Below, piece by piece: positions 44,123 through 50,648 of a DNA stretch of 54,960 nt. How positions within the stretch are numbered: the stretch's first letter is position 1; each line of letters opens with the position of its first letter. Under the pieces are notes generated by a model, which worked only from the letters and a program-made list of their open reading frames with translations, was not told the DNA's origin and did no database searches. Made by a program: the position numbers and the translations under genes. The DNA lies in IMG/VR virus record IMGVR_UViG_3300046028_005371, positions 1-54,960 of that record; one strand, written 5' to 3'. The stretch comes from a virus. Its lineage: Duplodnaviria > Caudoviricetes.

Positions 44123-44568
44123 AATTTTCTATTTCTGCCACGCCATGTTGGTGTTTGTGCGTGACAGTTTGGACAAAGACACTCTAAATTAGATCTGTCA
44201 TTGTTTTTGTTGTTTCCATCGATATGGTCTAATTCTAAGCTAAGAGATTCTCCTAACCAATCAGTTAGACCACACTTGTTACATTTATGATCTTGCTCAA
44301 TTAACACTTTCTTACGACGGCCATCGTGGCCTAGTAATTTAGTGTCCGAAGATAGTAATCGTTGTTTAGCAGTAGCAGATCTACCGTTAGACCCTTTTAG
44401 CGACCGCTGTTTTAATTTTTCTTTGCCAAAGGAAGAAAATACTTCCTTTAATTGTTTTGATCTTTCTTCTTTTTGTATATCTGTCCATGTTCTACTATTA
44501 GCACATGTTCTACTACAAAAAATTCCAGGCTTAGTGTGTGCTGTGTTGCACTTAGGGCATAGTTTCAT
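44113..44568 (-). mobile_element. Free-standing HNH homing endonuclease
   Basis: CNKCG...LELDHIDGN..NN...NL..LCPNCH; N-terminal FCSRTC Zn finger. Confidence 0.9.
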
Positions 44569-44606
44569 AATCGCATATCCTTATAACAAATATATTTATC
44601 CGTTAT

Positions 44607-44637
44607 GCGAATCGTTATACCATTTAACTATCCGGGA
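44607..44637 (-). pseudogene. Orphan tRNA 5' half upstream of the HNH gene
   Basis: UCCCGGA-UAGUUAAAUGGUAUAAC-GAUUCGC is an acceptor strand plus D arm with no matching 3' half. Confidence 0.65.
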
Positions 44638-44643
44638 AAAATT

Positions 44644-44718
44644 TGGTGGAGGCCGGGGGTATCGAACCCCACTAGACATGATCATTGCAAGTGAACACCG
44701 CAGCCCTCTGCTGCCCCC
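44644..44718 (-). tRNA. Atypical tRNA-Ala(UGC)
   Basis: G3:U70; loop CUUGCAA; compact D hairpin GCAG-AGGG-CUGC. Confidence 0.7.
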
Positions 44719-44724
44719 AAATAC

Positions 44725-44800
44725 TGGCTCCCCGAGTACGGATCGAACGTACGACATCTTCGTTAACAGCGAAGCGCAACTACCTCTGTGCTATCGGGGA
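44725..44800 (-). tRNA. tRNA-Asn(GUU)
   Basis: Cloverleaf. Confidence 0.9.
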
Positions 44801-44806
44801 ATAAAC

Positions 44807-44883
44807 TGGAATGAGGAGTGGGATTTGAACCCACGAACAACAGTTTTGCAGACTGCGCCATTAGACCTCTCTGGCACCCTCAT
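44807..44883 (-). tRNA. tRNA-Cys(GCA)
   Basis: U73; loop CUGCAAA. Confidence 0.9.
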
Positions 44884-44890
44884 ATAACTT

Positions 44891-44964
44891 TGGCGTACCT
44901 CCAAGGACTCGAACCTTGACTGACGGTTTTGGAGACCGCGATGCTGCCATTACACTAGAGATAC
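44891..44964 (-). tRNA. tRNA-Trp(CCA)
   Basis: Cloverleaf. Confidence 0.92.
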
Positions 44965-44970
44965 ATAACT

Positions 44971-45046
44971 TGGTTGCGGGTGTTGGATTTGAACCAACGA
45001 TGCTCCTGGCTTATGAGACCGGAGTAGTGACCGGGCCTTACCCGCA
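44971..45046 (-). tRNA. tRNA-Met(CAU)-like with degenerate D arm
   Basis: Acceptor and T arm intact; loop CUCAUAA. Confidence 0.7.
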
Positions 45047-45054
45047 ATATACTT

Positions 45055-45144
45055 TGGCGGAACGACTGAGACTCGAACTCAGAACCCGGATTACGCCGAG
45101 CGACAGATTAGCAATCTGCTCTAATACCATTATAGGACCGTTCC
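45055..45144 (-). tRNA. tRNA-Ser(GCU)
   Basis: Long variable arm; G73. Confidence 0.92.
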
Positions 45145-45157
45145 TTAATTCATTAAC

Positions 45158-45272
45158 TGGTACGACCGGTAGGTTTCGAACCTACAAGAGCACGGTAACT
45201 ATGTTATGTGCCCCTTCCCCATTCTATGCTATGAGCATAGCGGGAGGTCTGCCATATTCCACTTACGGTCGC
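45158..45272 (-). tRNA. 115-nt tRNA-like RNA with extended anticodon arm (CAU loop) and long variable arm
   Basis: GCGACCG/CGGUCGU-ACCA; T arm GUAGG-UUCGAAA-CCUAC; CUAUG-CUCAUAG-CAUAG stacked on an extra helix. Confidence 0.7.
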
Positions 45273-45280
45273 ATAATGTA

Positions 45281-45309
45281 ATTATACAATCTTATGTGGA
45301 CTTTGTCAA
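45281..45309 (-). promoter_or_regulatory. Sigma70-type promoter inside the tRNA array
   Basis: TTGACA-17nt-TATAAT. Confidence 0.85.
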
Positions 45310-45316
45310 TAACTAT

Positions 45317-45408
45317 TGGCGGAAAGCAGAGGAGTCGAACCCCATCCCCGTTAAGAGAACCTGGTTTTCAAGGCCAGTCGCAGGACCATCCCCGCTGCAT
45401 TACTTTCC
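45317..45408 (-). tRNA. tRNA-Ser(UGA), probable 8/4 fold
   Basis: 8-bp acceptor GGAAAGUA/UGCUUUCC; 4-bp T stem; loop CUUGAAA. Confidence 0.8.
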
Positions 45409-45414
45409 ATATCT

Positions 45415-45490
45415 TGGTCTCCCATGAAGGACTCGAACCTTCGATTTCCTCGTTCCAAACAAGGAGGCATAGCCGCTAGCCCAATGAGAG
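45415..45490 (-). tRNA. tRNA-Pro(UGG)
   Basis: Loop UUUGGAA (A37). Confidence 0.87.
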
Positions 45491-45497
45491 GTAAACT

Positions 45498-45572
45498 TGG
45501 CGATCCTGCGGGGAATCGAACCCCGATATCCGACTAGACAGGCCGGTATAATAACCACTATATGACAAGACC
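45498..45572 (-). tRNA. tRNA-Asp(GUC)
   Basis: Loop CUGUCUA (U37). Confidence 0.87.
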
Positions 45573-45578
45573 ATAACT

Positions 45579-45653
45579 TGGTGCTCCGTGAAGGAATCGA
45601 ACCCTCTTCTGACGCTTACAAGGCGCCTGCATCGCCACTAATGCTTACAGAGC
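45579..45653 (-). tRNA. tRNA-Thr(UGU)
   Basis: Cloverleaf. Confidence 0.9.
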
Positions 45654-45658
45654 TAATT

Positions 45659-45746
45659 TGGTGTAGCGTGATGGAATCGAACCACTTGACTGCCACCCTG
45701 CTTAATAAGTCTACCGGGTTACAGCCGGCAACAGGGAACACACTAC
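45659..45746 (-). tRNA. D-armless tRNA-Tyr(GUA)-like RNA
   Basis: Acceptor GUAGUGU/ACGCUAC-ACCA; UGCCGG-CUGUAAC-CCGGUA; T arm present; no D hairpin. Confidence 0.7.
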
Positions 45747-45751
45747 ATATT

Positions 45752-45835
45752 TGGTGGATGCGGTTGGATTCGAACCAACGTGCTGTTACGAACGGATTTA
45801 CAGTCCGTCACCTTCGGCCTCTCGGTCACACATCC
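45752..45835 (-). tRNA. tRNA-Tyr(GUA)
   Basis: Canonical class II cloverleaf. Confidence 0.92.
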
Positions 45836-45844
45836 AATTTGTTA

Positions 45845-45972
45845 ACACACTCACGACCGGTAATTACCAATCCATAAGCAAACTATGTTCACTTATAAAG
45901 AATGTGTGTATTAAAATGTTCTAGACTATATCCGTTCCGGCGCTTTCAAGGCGCTATGAAAACATTTTAATA
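45845..45972 (-). ncRNA. Two tandem stem-closed RNAs; the upstream one shows a Ser(UGA)-like anticodon loop
   Basis: UAUUAAAAUGUU/AACAUUUUAAUA enclosing GCGC-CUUGAAA-GCGC; ACACAUUC/GAGUGUGU enclosing two hairpins. Confidence 0.5.
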
Positions 45973-45973
45973 C

Positions 45974-46080
45974 GCTGTAATTTTTCACACTAGAAGAAGT
46001 GCTTCATCCTACAGGCCGCCCATTTGCCCATGTTTTAAGTGCGGGCTAGGATCTCGTTTCCTATAACACTTTGCGGTCTA
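45974..46080 (-). ncRNA. Unassigned structured RNA at the head of the tRNA array
   Basis: Pairings UAGGA/UCCUA, GCCCG/UGGGC, AAGUG/CACUU and CUGUA/UACAG. Confidence 0.45.
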
Positions 46081-46083
46081 CAA

Positions 46084-46230
46084 TCACCCTTGAGCAATCT
46101 CGCGCTTTCTATCTGCTTCGTAATACTGTATAGCACGAGACATTTTGTCTTCAAGCAATTTTTTAAACTGCTCCGGACTTAGCGTATGCTGTCTAGTAAA
46201 CTCTGCTTCTTTAATCTTTCTATCTGTCAT
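46084..46230 (-). CDS. Small hypothetical protein immediately after the attenuator
   Basis: 48 aa, MTDRKIKEAEF...; AAGGA RBS. Confidence 0.6.
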   Translation of the reverse strand: MTDRKIKEAEFTRQHTLSPEQFKKLLEDKMSRAIQYYEADRKREIAQG

Positions 46231-46242
46231 TCTTCCTTTTCC

Positions 46243-46278
46243 AAAAACAAAAAACCCCAGGGTTTTTAATCCTAGGGT
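46243..46278 (-). terminator. Intrinsic terminator, conditional (overlaps antiterminator)
   Basis: ACCCUAGG/CCUGGGGU stem followed by a U tract (UUUUUGUUUUU). Confidence 0.8.
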
Positions 46279-46303
46279 CCTTGGAGTTTGCGTGTAATTT
46301 GTG

Positions 46304-46450
46304 TTACACAATGTCCTCCCGGACCCTTAAAATCTCTGGTGTGCGATCATATGATAAACTTCCGCAATTAATCGCTAGCCAGTTGGAGGCTATAAAGCCT
46401 ACCTGTTTGGGCATCGTATTAAATTGTTGATGTCTAGCAATGTTTTGCAT
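46304..46450 (-). CDS. Putative attenuator leader peptide (48 aa, all 20 amino acids)
   Basis: MQNIARHQQFNTMPKQVGFIASNWLAINCGSLSYDRTPEILRVREDIV; 3' end forms the antiterminator strand. Confidence 0.7.
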   Translation of the reverse strand: MQNIARHQQFNTMPKQVGFIASNWLAINCGSLSYDRTPEILRVREDIV

Positions 46451-46510
46451 TTTGTTTTCTCTTAAACCCTTTTGTTTTACATGAACAGCATCATTGCTGT
46501 CTATGTGTTA

Positions 46511-46539
46511 ATTATACAGTTATTTAGTCTTCTTGTCAA
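46511..46539 (-). promoter_or_regulatory. Sigma70-type promoter heading the leader and tRNA array
   Basis: TTGACA-17nt-TATAAT; TAAATA in spacer. Confidence 0.85.
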
Positions 46540-46570
46540 CTACTTTTTGCAATTTTGACAAATTATTTTT

Positions 46571-46586
46571 GTTGTATTTTTACAAC
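46571..46586. repeat. Palindromic operator-like motif, copy 1
   Basis: GTTGTA-TTTT-TACAAC; identical copy at 47116-47131. Confidence 0.6.
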
Positions 46587-46591
46587 ACATT

Positions 46592-46666
46592 TGGTCCGGC
46601 CTACAGGAATCGAACCTGTATTGATAGCTTAGAAGGCTACTGTTCTATCCATTGAACTAAGGCCAG
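46592..46666 (-). tRNA. tRNA-Arg(UCU)
   Basis: Cloverleaf; loop CUUCUAA. Confidence 0.92.
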
Positions 46667-46673
46667 TTGTCTT

Positions 46674-46702
46674 ATTATACTAAAAAATTCTCAGTCTGTC
46701 AA
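46674..46702 (-). promoter_or_regulatory. Sigma70-type promoter for tRNA-Arg(UCU)
   Basis: TTGACA-17nt-TATAAT. Confidence 0.8.
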
Positions 46703-46900
46703 CTCAACAAATGTCCTACCCTTGAGGTCTAAGTCTAGCGGCTTCTTGAATCGTTGCACCACCTTTGAGCCTGCCGGCACATAAGCAATAGCCCTGGCAC
46801 TCCGGCCCACGGGCTTCTCTTTAAATATGTAGACATGGTTGGCCCCACCGTTTTCCCACTCGGTGGTCTCCTGCATAATTTTAATCAATTTGGATGTCAT
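46691..46900 (-). CDS. Hypothetical phage protein
   Basis: QETTEW...NHVY...DLKGRTF. Confidence 0.65.
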   Translation of the reverse strand: MTSKLIKIMQETTEWENGGANHVYIFKEKPVGRSARAIAYVPAGSKVVQRFKKPLDLDLKGRTFVELTD

Positions 46901-47066
46901 GGATACGTCCTTGTTTAAAAATGTAGTAAAGATTCATAAAACTATAATAGACCCAGATGCAGTCGTTGCCTTGAGTCATTGTATAGTGTGTAATCCCTTT
47001 CTTAGACATATCCTCTTCAACAAGGATGACTTCGAGTGGGTTAAGTGCTGGATGTATATTAATCAT
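46881..47066 (-). CDS. Hypothetical phage protein
   Basis: Start at MINIHP directly after a promoter. Confidence 0.55.
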   Translation of the reverse strand: MINIHPALNPLEVILVEEDMSKKGITHYTMTQGNDCIWVYYSFMNLYYIFKQGRIHDIQID

Positions 47067-47075
47067 GTTGTATAT

Positions 47076-47104
47076 ATTATAGCACGGTTTTACCACTTTG
47101 TCAA
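47076..47104 (-). promoter_or_regulatory. Sigma70-type promoter
   Basis: TTGACA-17nt-TATAAT. Confidence 0.85.
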
Positions 47105-47115
47105 CCTCTTTTAGC

Positions 47116-47131
47116 GTTGTATTTTTACAAC
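47116..47131. repeat. Palindromic operator-like motif, copy 2
   Basis: GTTGTATTTTTACAAC just upstream of the -35 box. Confidence 0.6.
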
Positions 47132-47143
47132 TTATTTAAAGTT

Positions 47144-47704
47144 TTATAACAGTGATTCTAGTTTAAAAATTAACTCAGGGTCAATCTTACTGATCCATTC
47201 TTTTATACTATGTCTTTCTAAGTTAATATTTTGTGCATTCCTAGTAACTGCATATTTAAAATCAAAACACATAAGTTGACCGTTTTTTCCAGTCAAATTA
47301 CACATAGCATTATTTAATTTATACATATTATGCTGTTTAAAAAATTTAAACATATGTTCTATTTGTTCTGTTATATTAGGAAAGACAATATTTAAATCAT
47401 TGCGGGGATATTGTAATAAGTCCGGCCCCGGCCACTCTTGCAAAATATAATATCCAAATTGATCGTCTAATTTGCCATGTTCATATGTTTTTACTAATAG
47501 ATCCGATTTTAATTTTGTAGACCAATATATTTCATTTTTATAAAGTTTGTTAATTTCTTCTATGGTATTATGCACTGGTGGACGATTTTGAATAGTATTG
47601 CCGTTAATTTTATAGTATTTTTTAACCAATTTTTCATCTTTGTCTATCCATACTTCGGCTAAACTTCCTCTAGATCCATTAACTGAATAATATCGTTCAA
47701 ACAT
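47144..47704 (-). CDS. Protein-kinase-like fold protein
   Basis: GSRGSLAEV, VKK, ILQEW, N...NL and CFDF motifs. Confidence 0.55.
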   Translation of the reverse strand: MFERYYSVNGSRGSLAEVWIDKDEKLVKKYYKINGNTIQNRPPVHNTIEEINKLYKNEIYWSTKLKSDLLVKTYEHGKLDDQFGYYILQEWPGPDLLQYPRNDLNIVFPNITEQIEHMFKFFKQHNMYKLNNAMCNLTGKNGQLMCFDFKYAVTRNAQNINLERHSIKEWISKIDPELIFKLESLL

Positions 47705-48434
47705 ATAAATTATCAATAATCTCTGTGTAATAAGTTTCTAAAATATCTGTCACGTATGATATTTTATCTGCATTGAAATCTTCATTGAGTTGGGTGGATA
47801 GCCAAGACAATATTGCTGCTGTGTCTTTGTTTGATAATAATGTATAAAAATCAAAATATTCTGTAACAGGTTTGTTGTTAAATTTCTTCAATGAATAGTT
47901 CCAAAATATATCAGTCAATGGATAACATATTTTACACCTAGTACTTTGATATAAATTTGCTATTTCTGTCTTTGGAATTAGTGAAATACATCGAATGTTA
48001 TATCCAAGATCCTGCATTTCTTTAAAAGGAATAGCTTTATCCCAAGAATGAATTCCGTATAATATTCTATAATTTTTCATTTCATATTTAGAATTTTCGT
48101 AAAATTTTAATTTGGTATCCCCCCAATTCCACTGTTGTTGGCCGGCCAATAAATGTGTTCCTAAAAATTCAAAAAATTGAACATAGTCATTTATACCAGT
48201 GGGTTCACAACGGTCTAAAAACCAATTAGTAATTCTTTTTGGTACAATTATTTCATATGCTATCTCTCTAGAAGATTTATGAGAATTAATAGGAATATCA
48301 GATAAAATTTTAGTATTGGTATAATCTAATTTAATATCCAACTCTGACCAAATACGCATTAGAAGTTGACCGGATCCGCCGGGTAAATAGTCGAACAATA
48401 TTAATTCATTATTTGTTAAAAATGGGTATTTCAT
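47697..48434 (-). CDS. Hypothetical protein, possible sulfotransferase-like P-loop
   Basis: DYLPGGSGQLL N-terminal loop. Confidence 0.45.
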   Translation of the reverse strand: MKYPFLTNNELILFDYLPGGSGQLLMRIWSELDIKLDYTNTKILSDIPINSHKSSREIAYEIIVPKRITNWFLDRCEPTGINDYVQFFEFLGTHLLAGQQQWNWGDTKLKFYENSKYEMKNYRILYGIHSWDKAIPFKEMQDLGYNIRCISLIPKTEIANLYQSTRCKICYPLTDIFWNYSLKKFNNKPVTEYFDFYTLLSNKDTAAILSWLSTQLNEDFNADKISYVTDILETYYTEIIDNLYV

Positions 48435-49405
48435 TGTTTTGTTTTAGTGGTTAACAGATCATGAAAACACCCACATGTAACCTTATTACAAATAACTGCG
48501 TTATTAGAAAAATTATACTTAAGATCGTCAACATGTCCAATTGGGCCAGTGACTCCACATACTGATCTGTTAATAGTCTGGAAGTTAATGTCCAAGAAAT
48601 CTTTTCCTACCTGACATTCCCATCCTAAAAATTTATTCCATTTATTTTTCATAAGTTGTTGAACGTTAATATTTTTTGTAATTCCTAAATTATTAGTTAC
48701 TAATAATTCAGCACCTAACCGTAACTTATTTGGAATAGGAGATTTTTTTTTAATATTTGTTAGTATTCCAGGTTTATAACTAGCGTGTTTAATAATAGAT
48801 AGTTCTTCCTCTGAGTATAGGTCATAGATATCATATTCGTCAATATTCATTCCTTTAATATCAATTATTCCACCAGTGTTGTTTATTAAATAATTAAATG
48901 CGTTAATTGCTTGAGGAATATTATCTTTAGTATGTGTAACTTCACATACTGTTTCAGTTTCAAAATTAAGAAATAAATTCATTATATCAGCAATATTATT
49001 ATAATCAACCGTTTGTTCAGCATGATATGTTAATGCTAGACGAGTTAATATATTATCAATTTTGGCCAATTCTTTCCACCAGCGCATTGTTCTAGAACCG
49101 TTACTTGCTAATATATTCCAAGCACCTTTATTTTTTGAATGCTGCAATAACTCTATTAAATCAGGATATAATGTAGGTTCACCTCCAGTATAAACAATAT
49201 AAAAAGGAGTTCCTACACATGCCTCAGCAATTTTATCAACAATTGATTTGTACTTTTCTAATGTAAACCACCGTTCATTTCCACTATTATTTTCTTTACC
49301 ACAAAAACTACACGAGTAATTGCATACATTATGTAGTTTCCAGTTAATTACTTTAAATGGTTGAGGGACTGATCTTTTAACGTGAATTGGATATACATTA
49401 TTCAT
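48431..49405 (-). CDS. Radical SAM protein
   Basis: CNYSCSFC, TGGEPT, SNG; C-terminal Cys cluster. Confidence 0.88.
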   Translation of the reverse strand: MNNVYPIHVKRSVPQPFKVINWKLHNVCNYSCSFCGKENNSGNERWFTLEKYKSIVDKIAEACVGTPFYIVYTGGEPTLYPDLIELLQHSKNKGAWNILASNGSRTMRWWKELAKIDNILTRLALTYHAEQTVDYNNIADIMNLFLNFETETVCEVTHTKDNIPQAINAFNYLINNTGGIIDIKGMNIDEYDIYDLYSEEELSIIKHASYKPGILTNIKKKSPIPNKLRLGAELLVTNNLGITKNINVQQLMKNKWNKFLGWECQVGKDFLDINFQTINRSVCGVTGPIGHVDDLKYNFSNNAVICNKVTCGCFHDLLTTKTKQ

Positions 49406-50172
49406 AATTTTAGTAAGTGACTTATGCATAAACGATTGACTGATCCCCGTTTAAAACTTATATATTTTTCAGAGTAATCTAATCCAAATAATATAGTATT
49501 AGACGGTATAAGGTTAAATTCTTGGCAAACAGCTAATTGAGAATCTTTATATTTTTGTATCATTGAGTCCGGAGACATTGTATCTAATAATGTATAATGA
49601 TGTTCAGCACAGGCTACTAGTGGATAATGCCACTGCGAATATACGGTTACTGGATACGGATCTACGGTATATAATAATCCAACTCTATGTAATCCTGTGC
49701 CAAAAGATTTAGATAATGAAAAACAAACACTGTGTATATTTTTATAACTAGAAAAATCAAAATCTATATCGTGACATACTCCAAAAAAAGCACAGTCAAC
49801 AAATATGGGTTTATTATAAGAATCTGCAATTTTAATTTTTTCATGTGAACTCATTCCGTCAGCACTAAATGGATGACTTACTACTATTGCATCTGCTTCG
49901 TCTAAATTAAAAGTAACACGATTTTTAATAACCAATGAATGATAGCCATATTCACTTTCAAATATTCCTATCTTATTATACATTCCATACATTTGATTAA
50001 ATGCATCAGTTACACCTGATACAATATAATATGATTTAGGCAATCCTTTTACCGGTTGAGTGGATGAGTGAATCCATTTATTAAATTTTTCTTTAAATTT
50101 AATAAATTGAGAAATATCTACTGATTCTGGCTCTATTGCAATTGCTGCATTTGTTATTTTATCAAATCTCAT
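49402..50172 (-). CDS. PLP-dependent aminotransferase-like enzyme
   Basis: GVTDAF, VDCAF, FSLSKSF, RVG; paralog of 31918-32841. Confidence 0.8.
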   Translation of the reverse strand: MRFDKITNAAIAIEPESVDISQFIKFKEKFNKWIHSSTQPVKGLPKSYYIVSGVTDAFNQMYGMYNKIGIFESEYGYHSLVIKNRVTFNLDEADAIVVSHPFSADGMSSHEKIKIADSYNKPIFVDCAFFGVCHDIDFDFSSYKNIHSVCFSLSKSFGTGLHRVGLLYTVDPYPVTVYSQWHYPLVACAEHHYTLLDTMSPDSMIQKYKDSQLAVCQEFNLIPSNTILFGLDYSEKYISFKRGSVNRLCISHLLKL

Positions 50173-50648
50173 ATGACTACACCAATTAAATGTAATCTAG
50201 GTTTATTAGAACAATTCATAAACGTATGTAAGTTAACCGTATTAGTCCAGTATACTAAGCCTGCAGGCATATGTCGAATAATGCCTGACTTAAAAACAAA
50301 ATAACATTCTGGATTAGTGATCATAGGTATATGAATTCGAGGAGTAGTGTCTTTGTGCATACTGTAACAGGTCATAGGACTAATCCACATAAGTCTTGTT
50401 CTTTTTAATTTATATTGATTAATTAAATCTTCAAAAATAGTATCTTTGAAAAAGGGATTTAGATTAGTATATGCAAGCTCATCGCCATTGCTTGTACCAA
50501 CAGCACTAGCCCACGGATCTTCATTCTCTTTAAATTGTAATCCGGTTTGTTTCTTACCATTATAATCTGTCCATATAATGTCTTTTTCAATATTAAAATA
50601 GCAGTCTAATATCTCAGTAATAGGGCATGTTTCAATAATCTTTATCAT
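50169..50648 (-). CDS. Aspartyl/asparaginyl beta-hydroxylase-like oxygenase
   Basis: YSMHKD, RIHIP, HTFMN and RLHL motifs. Confidence 0.8.
   Translation of the reverse strand: MIKIIETCPITEILDCYFNIEKDIIWTDYNGKKQTGLQFKENEDPWASAVGTSNGDELAYTNLNPFFKDTIFEDLINQYKLKRTRLMWISPMTCYSMHKDTTPRIHIPMITNPECYFVFKSGIIRHMPAGLVYWTNTVNLHTFMNCSNKPRLHLIGVVI

Noticed and set aside
39696-45877. ORF-track entries overlapping the tRNA array (for example 40060-40245, 41056-41262, 41707-41913, 43169-43417, 43823-44005, 44916-45281, 45578-45877)
   Set aside because: They are chance frames across tRNA or ncRNA genes, or their antisense strands.
46231-46311. Upstream extension of ORF 46084-46311
   Set aside because: It overlaps the terminator and antiterminator; the ATG at 46230 has the RBS.
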